From the NCBI GenBank assembly GCA_977018835.1, contig OZ361259.1, forward strand, positions 2,108,001 to 2,172,000: a DNA stretch of 64,000 nt. The letters run 5' to 3'. A program made the translations under genes and the position numbers. Below, piece after piece: positions 1 to 11,264 of this stretch (position 1 is its first letter; every line of letters starts with the position of its first letter). The notes beneath the pieces are model-generated. The model ran no database searches. It had not been told where the DNA came from and worked only from the letters and a program-made list of their open reading frames with translations. Origin of the DNA: Minutocellus sp. GHC0000111 (taxonomy: Eukaryota).

Positions 1-1139
1 CCATCCTTGGAAACAAGGGATTTGTGGGATCGGCTTGGATTATATCCTCCGCCCTTCTTACCACATACTCCACGACCAGCTTTCTGAAATATTCTGGCCC
101 CAGGATTCACGACGAAATGGACGGCATAAGTAATCCCAAAAAGAATAAGAACGCCTTTGGAGATGTTTGGGCTCGTTTGAAGAGACGAGAAAAAGAGCAA
201 GACGACGGAGCGGTCGACGTTGTTTCCATCGAAAGCAACCGCTCTGGTAATGCCCTGTCCCGTCCGACTTTGCTGACTCTGTAACGCTTCGCTGGATCTC
301 TGTTCTTGGGACTGATTTTTCATCAACCCCTTTTGGCTGTAATGGATCGCGTCGGACATACTGTGGCATCTGTGCCCCTGTTTGCCCTCCCCGCCACATT
401 CCTCTTTGTTGCCAATTATGCCAACTCCATCTCGCTGGATCGGATTGGCATATCCTTGACGTACACATCGAAATGTGGGATCCCGCTTATAACTGTGCTG
501 ATGACGCTGCTTCTCGATGGTCCAGCCGCACTGCCTTCTACTCTGACTCTCATGACACTCATCCCCATTGCCATGGGGATCGCGGCTGCCTCTTGGGCAC
601 ACCCAACATTCGAACCTATTGGATTTGCTGCTGCGATGCTCTCCTGCGTTGCACAGGCAGCGCTGAACATCAGTAGTAAGAAGGTCATGACGGCCAGCGG
701 CATCACTGGTGCGGACGCTCAGCGGGCGATGGTATGTGTTGCTCTTCTGATAACGTTATCAATGAGCGTTGTGAATCACATTCGGCATGTAAGCAAAGAC
801 CCGGCATTAGAAGGAGAGAAGACCAAGATGGTCGAAATGACTATGGATCATACCACAAAGAGGGTGCCCAAGGACCCACCAGCTTGGTTGGCTTGGTTTG
901 CAGTTGTGAGCTACCACGTGGAATATATCTTATCCTTCATGTTTGTAAAGCTCGTCGAGCCCATAACTTACGGAACATGCGATGCCATTCGAAGGCTTGC
1001 CATTATTGTTTCCGGCCACAAAATGTTCGGAGGGGAACCCTTTTCAAAGCTCAATTTGGCAGGCATTGGAATGTCCCTACTTGGCGCTCTTGCTTTCGCA
1101 TTATCGAGCGCCAAAACTGTGGCAAAGATCAAACCTTAA
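1..1139 (+). pseudogene. Triose-phosphate/nucleotide-sugar (DMT) transporter family gene, 5'-partial, with in-frame TAA at 282-284
   Basis: ORFs 24..284 and 306..1139 are in one frame separated only by TAA (LLTL*RFAGSLFLGL); multiple TM helices; motifs ISLTYTSKCGIP and TYGTCDAIRRLAII typical of the TPT family. Confidence 0.7.
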
Positions 1140-1294
1140 GTGCCCTTTATGCCATTCGAAAGTCAATGTCTAATCACTGGGTTTAGTCATTGTTATAGTA
1201 ATGGACTTTACTTTTGTATGTACACTACACGTATGGTGTTGCATTTAGCTTTTCTCGTTCAATAAGATATCCTTAAACGATACCTTCGAATATG

Positions 1295-2164
1295 TTAATG
1301 TTTGCTTCTCTCAAACTTAAGGACAACGCTTCGCATTTCACCTGTTTGAAACCAAGATTTGAGGCTCTCATCACATTCCACCACACCATTGAAGACCGCC
1401 ATTAGCCAACCCGAATGACTCGCCACACCAATGTGCGTCTCTGATCGTTCCGACATCCAATTCAAAAAGCTATAGATTCGCTCTCCAACTTCAGGTTTTG
1501 ATTCACGTCGATCATCCATAAAGAGATCATCTTCTTCAGACTTAATCTGAGAGAAATCTACCATCGGAAATTCTTTCTGTTGTAAACTTTTCGGTCTGCG
1601 CTTATCGCACGTATGGACTCCAGTACACTCTCGTACATCTTCGTGGGCGACGAAAGGGATCTCACCAACCAAGTGATCAAAGGCGAGGAGACCCGTTTGA
1701 ATTGCCCGGCACTGAGAAGATACAACTACCATCTCGGGCTGGTTAGCAAATGACTGTGTTTTGGGCTGCAGAAGAAGAGCTTGCTGCCTCCCTATATCTG
1801 TAAGAGGTGCATCTAATATCTCAGGCATTACGTATGGATTTGCCTTGGTCTTGCTGTATTGCTCCCACTCTCGTCCGTCCTCCTTGGCAAGATCTGCAAG
1901 CAAATTATGAAATCCCTGTCCATGTCTCACGAAATGAACAACCTTGGCATTTGTGCCGTTAACCTCGGGTGCATTTGGATCGTCAAGTGCGTAGGCCTTG
2001 ACGGTAAGAGGGCGGCTGCGCATCGACAAGTACAGGTCTCGCATTGCCTGGTTCAGATGCTCGGCAGACTCCTTTTTGGACAGTTCGAGCGTGATGCTGT
2101 TGTGGTCAGTGGCAGCCGCCATTGTTGAAGCAGCGGCTTCTGCATTCGCCGACGCAGGGTTCAT
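1295..2164 (-). CDS. Histidine phosphatase / phosphoglycerate mutase-like protein
   Basis: HFVRHGQG motif, DAPLT..G..QA, RAIQT, CDKRR, and second catalytic His in VASHSG. Confidence 0.9.
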   Translation of the reverse strand: MNPASANAEAAASTMAAATDHNSITLELSKKESAEHLNQAMRDLYLSMRSRPLTVKAYALDDPNAPEVNGTNAKVVHFVRHGQGFHNLLADLAKEDGREWEQYSKTKANPYVMPEILDAPLTDIGRQQALLLQPKTQSFANQPEMVVVSSQCRAIQTGLLAFDHLVGEIPFVAHEDVRECTGVHTCDKRRPKSLQQKEFPMVDFSQIKSEEDDLFMDDRRESKPEVGERIYSFLNWMSERSETHIGVASHSGWLMAVFNGVVECDESLKSWFQTGEMRSVVLKFERSKH

Positions 2165-2480
2165 CTTTGTATTATGTAAATGGTTGGTTGGCAATCGTAA
2201 TCAGTCGGCCCTCGACCAGCCCTCGACAAAAAAGACACGGTTTCGCCACATCATTGATTCTGCATCCAACCAAGGCCTCGCGCTCCGGCAATTCGAATTC
2301 CAGACCCTCCTCTTTCTCTATCCCTCCAAGATATCTATCTTATACACCATCTATCAAAGAGCTAATGCACACTATGTGGATTCCATTACGTGTATGCTAT
2401 TCATCTATTTTCTATTTGTACAGGATCCAGGGCATATCTGCCACAGAATCTTGAAACCATACCCATCCTGAATGGTCGAC

Positions 2481-3535
2481 TTACATGGCAGACTTCAATT
2501 GCTCGCTCATGCGCTCCATTCGCTTCTTAGCCTCGGGATCCTTCATCATATCTTGCATCGCAGACATGTAGTTCTTAAAGGCAAGATCTTGTGCCATCTT
2601 GGCCATGTTCTTCTGAAAGTCCGGATCAGCCATCATCTTGGCAGCCTGGGCCATCACATCGGGATTGTTCATGGCCTGCATCGCCTCAGCCATTTGGTTC
2701 TTGGCATTGTCCTTCAATTGGTCCTGTCCCTTGGTAAGCATGTGCTCCATCTGTGCCTCCATCCGCGCAGCAGTGGCAGGATCCTTCATGGCCTCCCGTG
2801 CTTTCTTTGTCGACTCCTTGAAGTCCTTGGATCCCTCCAATTTCTTCATTTGCTTTTTGAATTCAGGAGATTCCATCATCTTCTTGGCCTCGGCCATGAG
2901 CTCAGGATCCTGAACGACACGCACAACGAGCGAAGATATGAAATGAAGAACGAGATAGGAGAATGGCAGGAATGTGAGAATCGAGTAAAGGTAGAATTGA
3001 TTGGAAAAATAAATGCAAAGAGATATTGAAGAAAATAAAATGCTGCTCTTCTACATTGCGCGTATGTCGCATGAACACAGCTCATCAGCAGACCGCATCC
3101 GCAGAGCGCATACCCGCCTGTCATTTGTTGGATCAATCAATAAATGGCTGTTGTTGAAGCAATGGATATCAATCGATTGGTCGTATGTTGAACTTCCACG
3201 TCGATGTCGAATCCAGACTTTCCACAGAATTGAAAGAAGACCTCCAAACCAATCAAGCACATCATGTGCAGCATCCAATAGGCGATCGAACTTGTCAAAA
3301 GATAGAAACGTGGTACCAGCAACACCACCGAGCACCACCAACGCACCTGCATATCCTGGATGAGCTGCGCGAGAAGAGCGGGATCCTTGGCGGCCTGCTG
3401 CATTCCAGCCATGCCGGTCTGGATGTCGTACAGGGCGTCCTGCTCCTTGTTCTCTCCCCTCTTGTACTCAGCGGCGCTGACGCCGGAGGAGAGGAAGAGG
3501 ATGCCGACGGAGGCGATGGCCTTGAAGAACTTCAT
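2481..3535 (-). CDS. Secreted/ER protein with STI1-like DP repeats; exons 3535-3347 and 2909-2481
   Basis: Signal peptide MKFFKAIASVGILFLSSGVSA; GT..AG intron 3346-2910 joins DMQ|DPELM in frame; repeated M.DP/NPD helical motifs. Confidence 0.75.
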
Positions 3536-3922
3536 TGTTGTTATTGTGGGGGGTAGAGATGGGATTGGGTGCAACTTGACTTGGAATTGTGAGCCGATGT
3601 GGCGGCAAACATCGAAAACAAGCATGAGGCTGAGCGAGACGTCGAGACGCACGAAGTTCAACAACGTTGTACGTAGCTACGGATTCGTAGAGTCCGGGTT
3701 TCTTTGTCGTGCCGCGTGGAAGCTCTTTGTAGGACACTGGTTACACGTTAAAAGCTAAAGCAAAGAGCCACGTGGCGATGAAGCGCAAACCTGGTCATTG
3801 GCATTGGTCCAACGGTGGCGGCGTATCGTTACCCTTTCGGCACCCCTTGTACCACCCATTTGATTCACATTTTATTCAAAGGCGTTGTGGTCAACCCCTG
3901 CTAATAATTGTAAGCAATCGCA

Positions 3923-5197
3923 ATGATGATGTTTGGATCACGAGGATCTCGTCCCTCGGGGGCACTTTACACGTTCCTTCAGTTGTGTGCCCTCCTGTCG
4001 CTGACCTTTGCCAAGGACTACTACAAGATCCTCGGCATTAAGCGATCGGCCACCGTCAAGGAGATCAAGAAGGCATACCGGATGAAGTCGCTGGAGCACC
4101 ACCCCGACAAGGGCGGAGATGCCGAAACTTTCGCCGAAATTGCCCGCGCGTACGAGGTTCTCAGTGACGAGGAGACCAAGGAGATTTATGATATGCACGG
4201 CGAGGAGGGACTGAAGCAGCACGAGCAGGGTGGCGGAGGAGGCGGTGGCGATCCGTTCGAGGACATCTTCTCGCAGTTTGGATTCAACTTCGGCGGCGGC
4301 GGTGGGCGCCGTCGCCGCGACGAGGAGCAGCAGACCCCCTCCGTCGACCTGCCCCTCTACCTTTCCATGGAACAGCTGTACAAGGGCGAAATCATCGAGG
4401 TGGAGTACATCCGCGAGGTCCTTTGTCTCAACTGGAAGGAGTGCATGAAGCCCGCGCAGGAGTGTCAGGGTCCCGGCGTCCGCGTCAAGATGCAGCAGCT
4501 TGCCCCCGATTTCGTCCAGCAGGTCCAGCAGCGCGACGATCGGTGCGTCGCCCGCGGCAAGATGTGGAGGCCCGGCTGCAAGGAGTGTCCGCAGGGCCAG
4601 ACTCAGACCGAGAAGATCGATCTGACGCTCGACATTACCAAGGGCATGCGCCCCGGGGAGCGCATCACCTTCGAGGGCGTGGCCGATGAAAAGCCTGGAT
4701 ATTCCGCCGGTGACTTGAATTTCGTCATTTTTGAATCCGAGAATGATTTGTTCCACCGCGATGGAGACCAGTTGTACAAGACCATGGAAATCCCACTGGT
4801 GGATGCATTGGTGAGTAATATGGATGGTGCTTCGTAAATGTTTGCTAGAAATGGTACTTTGATTTCCTCATTTCCTAAGTTTGCATTCATATCTCAATCC
4901 TCACACTCTTTAACCTCGCCCCAATATTTTCCGATTATGCTTTAGACCGGATTCGAAATCGAGCTAACGCATTTGGACGGACACAAGTTCACTGTCAATG
5001 TCGATGGCGTAACAGAATGTGACCACGTTAGGCGTGTTCCTGGTAAGGGAATGCCGCGAAGGAGTGGACGTGGCTTTGGTGATCTTTATCTCACTTTTGA
5101 GGTGGATTTCCCCGATGAGCTGAGCCAGGACCAAAAGGATGTCATCAAGAAGATTTTGGGTGGCGGCAATGCTGCGTCTGGAAGCGATGAGTTCTAA
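3923..5197 (+). CDS. ER-lumenal DnaJ co-chaperone (ERdj3/DNAJB11-like); exons 3923-4810 and 4946-5197
   Basis: Signal peptide, KDYYKILG..HPDK J-domain, G/F region, Cys-rich segment, DnaJ_C (GKGMP..GDLY.TFEVDFP), C-terminal SDEF; intron GTGAGT..TTTAG. Confidence 0.92.
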
Positions 5198-5301
5198 TTT
5201 GCTACCTTCTACGTAGCTATTGGGCAAACACATATTCTCTTTGGCCTGTGATATAAAATTCTAAATTCAGAGAGATGGCATTTTTGAGAGTAGATCTACA
5301 A

Positions 5302-5970
5302 TTATTTATCTACAAGTACTTCTCCCCACTTTCCTCCTATAACACAAGCGTGAAAATCCTCCTCGCTTTCTTCTATTTTTCGACTGAGACACATGACAAC
5401 GAAGTATGATAGAGCTAGGCTCGATCCAACCGAAAGAAAGGCGCCAAATATTGAACCCCCTTTTTGAAATAGGTCAACGATGCAGATCCAATTGAAAGCC
5501 AACCACAACAATGCAGCCAAATGAATGATGATAAGCTTTCCGATGAAGCGGGTGCTTGGTATGATCTGTTTGACCGAGTCTCCTAGAACTGCTTTGAGAA
5601 TGCATAGGGACTCAGATACACTTCCATGGAAAGATCGAGGGATGCTTTTCTTCAGAACGTAAAGCATAAGGAGAGACTTTGTTATCAATGGAAAGGCATT
5701 GGATGAAGGAACCAGGAAGATGGAAAACGCAGTTGATTTGTCTCAGCCGATCACACGATATTCTTCACCTTCTACATGATATGTCATTATCGGAGACCGA
5801 CTCCTATAGATTTGTGGAGGCATTTGACAAATGGTTTGGACAAGGGAAAGAGCACACAGGGCTAAGAAGACGTTGTAGATTTTTCGATTTCTTTGGCTAA
5901 GTTTCGGTCTAGCCGAGGGCGTCACGACGAAGACACCCTCATCGGAATCAATCATTGCTTCACTCATCAC
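5302..5970 (-). pseudogene. Small multi-pass membrane protein (weakly DUF1648-like) with in-frame TGA at 5743-5745
   Basis: ORFs 5743..5970 and 5302..5688 are in frame across one TGA (YRVIG*DKSTAFSIFLVP, Trp plausible); several hydrophobic helices. Confidence 0.55.
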
Positions 5971-6361
5971 CAGATGTCATCTTATACTGAAGAGATCCTT
6001 TAGTTTCCAGAAGTACTCCCATTTATCGTGACTGAGTGCACGATGCAATTACCTCCACGAAGAGGTGACAGGTGGATCTGTTTCGCTCGGTCGAACGAGT
6101 CTAGCTACGTAAGAGATGTGTTCTCTCCCAATATCGTTTGGAAAAGAAGTGCATTGATATTTGATGAACTACGGTACGCACTTTGCCAATAGAGAGCAAT
6201 AAGAATGTCGCCTATGTACATAGATGTTGATTAGATTTCTACAGTAGATCTACTTGCGCATTGCATTGCTTTCTTGTTGAGAGACCGCGTCAGCCAGCCA
6301 ATTTGATCAGCCAGCCATTCGAGCTAGCCAATTCAGCCTGAGCTCACTCAACTCTCTGCTC

Positions 6362-7552
6362 TCAACCAGAAGCAGCAGCGTTCTCCGCCTCCTTCTCCTT
6401 GATCAATTTCTTGAGGAAAAACTCGCCGGCCTTGTAACTGCTTCGAACCATGGGACCACTCGCAACGTACTTGAATCCCAAAGCTTCCGCCTCCACCCTC
6501 CACTCATCGAATTTTTCCGGCGTAACATATTCCTTCACAGGCAAGTGTCGACGGCTAGGTTGCAGGTACTGACCAAAGGTCAGGACATCCACATCATTGG
6601 ATCTCAAGTCTTCCATCGTGGCACGAATATCATCATCCGTTTCACCCAATCCCAACATTAGCGACGTCTTGGTTAGGGCGGTATCATTCACCTCCTTCAC
6701 TCGACGGAGGACCGACATGCTCTGTTCGTATCCAGCTCTTCGATCTCGCACCCGCTTTTGCAATCGCTCAACAGTCTCAACATTGTGCGCATACACGTCC
6801 AATCCCGAGGTGGCCACCAGATCTACCAGGTCCATCTCGCCACGAAAATCGGGGGTAAGAGCCTCGACCAATATGTTGGGGTCCTTCTCCTTGAGCTTTT
6901 GCACCACACTACGGAAATGACCAGCACCCTGGTCCTCAATGTCATCTCGATCGACGCTGGTAAGGACCACGTAGTCCAGCCCCCACTTGGTCACAGCCGC
7001 GGCAACCTTCTCCGGTTCCTCGGGATCCAATGGAGGGGGCGCACGGCTTGTCTTGACGGCACAGAAGGAGCAGCCTCTCGTGCAAGTATCGCCCATGATC
7101 ATGATGGTTGCCGTGGCGACGTTGTCTTCTCCGCCACCCCAGCATTCGCCGATGTTGGGACACTTGGCCTCCTCGCAGACGGTGGCCAGGCCAAGCTCTC
7201 GGACGGTCGAGCGGAGGGCCTTGTAATTTTCCGACGTTGCCGGCTGGGCCTTGAGCCACTTGGGTTTCGGGAGGATTCGTGCCGACTTCGGAGGCGCCTT
7301 GCGTCGCTTCACCGGAGTAGTCGTCGATGTCTCACTGCCGTCGTCTACACCACCACCGAGTGCAAAGTCGTGAATGTTGGCATCCTCCTCGGCAAGTCGT
7401 GTTCGAAGAGCTTCCAGTCGACCTCCGCCCGGTGATGATGAGTCAGATGAGGCATTGGCAGACGTTTTGGTTACGGTTACTGTCGACAGAGCACGCCGAG
7501 TGCCCGCAATGCGCTGGGCGGCTCCAAGTATAGGACGAGATGTGCTGATCAT
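6362..7552 (-). CDS. LIAS: Lipoyl synthase (radical SAM), probably mitochondrial
   Basis: [12 protein letters not shown] and CTRGCSFC cluster motifs, [25 protein letters not shown]; Arg/Ser-rich presequence from MISTSRP. Confidence 0.95.
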   Translation of the reverse strand: MISTSRPILGAAQRIAGTRRALSTVTVTKTSANASSDSSSPGGGRLEALRTRLAEEDANIHDFALGGGVDDGSETSTTTPVKRRKAPPKSARILPKPKWLKAQPATSENYKALRSTVRELGLATVCEEAKCPNIGECWGGGEDNVATATIMIMGDTCTRGCSFCAVKTSRAPPPLDPEEPEKVAAAVTKWGLDYVVLTSVDRDDIEDQGAGHFRSVVQKLKEKDPNILVEALTPDFRGEMDLVDLVATSGLDVYAHNVETVERLQKRVRDRRAGYEQSMSVLRRVKEVNDTALTKTSLMLGLGETDDDIRATMEDLRSNDVDVLTFGQYLQPSRRHLPVKEYVTPEKFDEWRVEAEALGFKYVASGPMVRSSYKAGEFFLKKLIKEKEAENAAASG

Positions 7553-7718
7553 TGTCAAATGAATGAATGAGCACAGCAGCGCGTTGCCTTTGACCAACAA
7601 ACAGTTTCCACAGCTGCTGCTGAATGAAGTGAAGTTCGTCGTTGGCGATGGCGGCGATCGAAGCCGACGATGAAATAGCAAAACAGAAAAATTCTGGATG
7701 AGCAGAGTTCTGCAGTTC

Positions 7719-9718
7719 TCGTCGCTTAGCTTTGGGCGAAGCCGAGGAAACCCGGAAAGTAGGACGGCAAGTGCGTTGGCGACCAAGAGATGGACGGCCG
7801 GCCATCGTCGACCCCTCAGTTTGTTGTCGGTCTCGAGCTCGCAGAGCTGGTAGTAGCAGCTGGGAAAGTGGGAAGTAGAATAGAATAAAAGAAGATACTT
7901 CCGTCTCTTAGCGCCGCAGGCCACCTCAACAAAATCGGCACCTCGGCGGCGCACAAAAGGCCGGGTAGAGGACCAATGACACAAACCCCCCCCCGGCGGC
8001 AAGCCCGCGACGACTGCAATGGGTGGAGGCAAGAATGACTCCGAGGCCAGCGACGATCGCAGACGACGGGGCTTCAACGCCTGTCTGATGCGTAGCGGTA
8101 ACCCTGCGCATAGTTGGCAAACAAAAAGGTCAGCGACGATTACGACGGGTGGAGCCAAGAAGGGCTCCGAGGCCAGCGACGATTGCGCCCATCGGCGCAT
8201 AGCGGTAACCCGCCGTATAGCGGCAAACACAAGGTCAGCGACGATTACGACGGGTGGAGCCAAGAAGGGCTCCGAGGCCAGCGACGATTGCAAGGAGGGC
8301 AGCTTCGGCAAGGCCCTCCGAGCACAGCGGTAACCCGCCGTATAGCGGCAAAAAAATCAAGGATGGGTGGAGGCAAGAATGACTCCGAGGCCAGCGACGA
8401 TTGCAAGGAGGGCAGCTTCGGCAAGGCCCTCCGAGCATAGCGGTAACCCGTCCCACAGTAGCAAGGGTGGAGGCAAGAATGACTCCGAGGCCAGCGACGA
8501 TTGCAAGGAGGGCAGCTCTGGCAAGGCCCTCCGAGCATGGCGGTAACCCATTGCAGAGGAGACAGCATTTGAACAGGATCCGGTGAGTAAAACACATGTT
8601 TTGGTTGTTGTAATATTTTTGTCACATCCTCTCACTACTCCCATTTGCATCAAGGTCCAACTGAGGGCAAAACTCCCAGGATGAACAATGTCATCCAAAT
8701 CTGTTTCACTTCCAAAATGCAAGACAACTGCATGGGTGCCTGCTCGCCCAACCGGCGTGACACCACCGGCGGGGTAGCCGCACCCATTGCAATTGTCTCG
8801 GAGGTGGACCAGTGCCTGCCCCGCAAGCAACACCGAGCACGAGAGAAACCAAGGCAAGCTCGCGGGGCAGGGAGGTGGTGCTGAGAACTTGGATATTTGC
8901 CAAATTTGGTTACATGTCTCAAGCTTCAACATGCATTTTGGGACAAAGCTAGCTGTTAGCAGCTCAGCTTTGGCAACCACACATGTAAATGAATACCACC
9001 GACACCTCTTGGAGGATCGGCATTGGGGCTACGGCCAAATAGATCTACCTAGATCGAGTAGGTATTGCAGATGCTGGAATGGCACAAACACAAATGCTAA
9101 ATGGTGATGGTGTTGGGCTCTAGACAGACCGAGGAGGGGAGGCGGCACTGGCACTAGCTAGCGCAAAGATAGAGCGGGTTATGGGAACCATAATCGTCGC
9201 TTAGCTTTGGGCAGAACCAAGAAGCCGAGGAAACCCGGAAAGTAGGACGGCAAGTAAGTGCGTTGGCGACCAAGAGATGGACGGCCGGCCATCGTCGACC
9301 CCTCAGTTTGTTGTCGGTCTCGAGCTCGCAGAGCTGGTAGTAGCAGCTGGGAAAGTGGGAAGTAGAATAGAATAAACCCGCCCACCCAATGCCCCGGTGC
9401 TGAGAACTTGGATATTTGCCAAATTTGGTTACATATCTCAAGCTTCAACATGCATTTTGGGACAAAGCTAGCTGTTAGCAGCTCAGCTTTGGCAACAACC
9501 ACACACATGTAAATGAATGCCACCGACACCTCTTGGAGGATCGGCATTGGGGCTACGGCCAAATAGATCTACCTAGATCGAGTAGGTATTGCAGATGCTG
9601 GAATGGCACAAACACAAATGCTAAATGGTAATGGTGTTGGGCTCTAGATAGACCGAGGAGGGGAGGCGGCACTGGCACTAGCTAGCGCAAAGATAGAGCG
9701 GGTTATGGGAACCATAAT
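7719..9718 (+). mobile_element. Non-autonomous element with split direct repeats A1(7720-7889)-internal-B1(8877-9194)-A2(9195-9376)-19bp-B2(9396-9718); putative YR/DIRS-order (PAT/Ngaro/TOC1-like) retroelement
   Basis: A1 and A2 align apart from 8-bp and 4-bp indels; B1 and B2 align with ~4 substitutions and 5 bp of indel; no TSD, no TIRs, no credible protein. Confidence 0.7.
8021..8549. repeat. Five degenerate tandem units (starts 8021, 8147, 8252, 8365, 8465; period 100-126 bp) inside the element
   Basis: Shared core GGGTGGAG(G/C)CAAGAA(T/G)G(A/G)CTCCGAGGCCAGCGACGAT and downstream GCGGTAACCC in every unit. Confidence 0.9.
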
Positions 9719-9891
9719 GAGTTCGGGAGTGCAAAAATAGTCTGGCCGTCGCCCGCTCATGCTCGTACTCCTCGCGCGTCCCTTCGTCCCGTTCGTCCCG
9801 ACAAGGTCTCCACTCACTCGTTCTCGATCTTGATGATACGATCGATAAACTCAGGTGTTTTCATATATTACCTGTATTTTGTGGCAACAGC

Positions 9892-11237
9892 ATGAGGTTC
9901 GTATCGTCGGCTTTAGTGGCAGCGCTGCTACTTCCATGCGCACATGGCTTCTCCGCATCAGCCCCACCAAACGCTGGCGGTGCTCATGTGAGCGATCGTG
10001 CCGAGTTGGTGGAATCCTTCAAGGTCATGGACGTTTTACAGAGAGCAAATGAGTTGCAAGCAGAGGGGAAAGAGGTGCTGCACTGTGAGGTGGGCCAACC
10101 AGAGTCGGGGGCACCAAATTCCGTCGCGGAAGCTGCCATTGCGGCATTGACCGGCCCACCCAGGGAGGTTATGGGCTACACCGATGCCTTTGGGTTGCTA
10201 CCCCTGAGAGAAAAGATATCGGCACACTACAAGGCCAAGTACGGCGACGACGCCGTGTCCGATGAGAGTATTGATCCAAGTCGCATTGTGGTAACGACCG
10301 GATCCTCGGGTGGGTTTCTACTCGCCTTTACGGCGTGTTTCGATGCGGGTGATTCCATTGCCATTGCCTCGTCTGGCTACCCTTGCTATCGAAATATTTC
10401 AGGCGCATTGGGCATTAACCTTGTCAATGTCCCAATCAACGAGGAGTTCAAATTGACTGCTACTGAGTTGCAAGAGGAAATTGCACGACGAAAGGAGGAA
10501 GGACTCCCTCCCATCAATGGGTTGATCCTCTCGTCCCCATCGAATCCAACTGGTGCAATGCTGAAGCCGAAAGAATTAAAGGAGTTGTGCGAACTTTGTG
10601 ACGAGGAGAACATCCAATTTATATCAAACGAAATTTACCATGGAATTGTTTATGGCAAGGAAGAGGCCACAGCCCTGCAATATTCTGAGAATGCAATCAT
10701 CATCAACAGTTTCTCCAAATACTACTCCATGTCAGGATGGCGATTGGGTTGGATGGTGATACCTGAGGCTCTGGTCGATCCGATCAATAGGTTGCAACAG
10801 AATATGTTCATCAATGCACCAACCATCTCACAAACTGCTGCGTTGAAATGCTGGGACGCTGACACATTGTCCGAATTGGAAGGTCACATCGAGAAATATC
10901 GGACATCTCGGGGTATTATTTTGGCAGAGTTGGAAACGATCAAGGAGATTGACTCCAAGAATGTCGCTCCTGCCGATGGTGGCTTTTACGTATATGTAGA
11001 CTTGGGAGAGGAAACGTCGCACCAGACCTAGGATCCATCGCCATGTGCAAAGCCCTCTTGGAGGAAGAGAATGTGGCGTTCACTCCAGGATCTGATTTTG
11101 AGGATCCGTCGGGAGTGCTTGGTGATCGTCGCTTCAGAATTTCGTACGCTGGAGGCGTGGAGACGGCAAAGCGAGCAATGGATAGATTTCATCGCTTCTG
11201 GCCAACATGGCTTGAGAGAGTAAAGAATGCTAGCTAA
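9892..11237 (+). pseudogene. Class I/II PLP aminotransferase (aspartate aminotransferase-like), probable plastid targeting, 1-bp frameshift at 11012-11014
   Basis: HCEVGQP, SPSNPTG, NSFSKYYSMSGWRLGW; adding one A gives EENVAPDLGSIAMCK joining ORF 11043..11237 (FRISY); signal peptide followed by FS; conserved DEIY reads NEIY. Confidence 0.8.
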
Positions 11238-11264
11238 TGAATGTGTACGATTGGTATTGCGTAA

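Noticed and set aside
7553..8311. 253-aa N-terminal extension of lipoyl synthase in the 649-aa ORF
   Set aside because: It runs through the promoter into the inserted element's repeats from a non-ATG start; the ATG at 7552 gives a normal presequence
8021..8549. CRISPR-like array (37-bp repeat with intervening sequence)
   Set aside because: Intervening segments are related to each other, the context is eukaryotic and there are no cas genes
8877..9718. B1/B2 as LTRs of a TRIM or LTR element
   Set aside because: No TG..CA termini, PBS or TSD, and the enclosed sequence is itself a copy of A1
7719..9718. Canonical Helitron (starts with TC and has a terminal hairpin)
   Set aside because: No CTRR 3' end or A|T target; kept only as a less likely alternative
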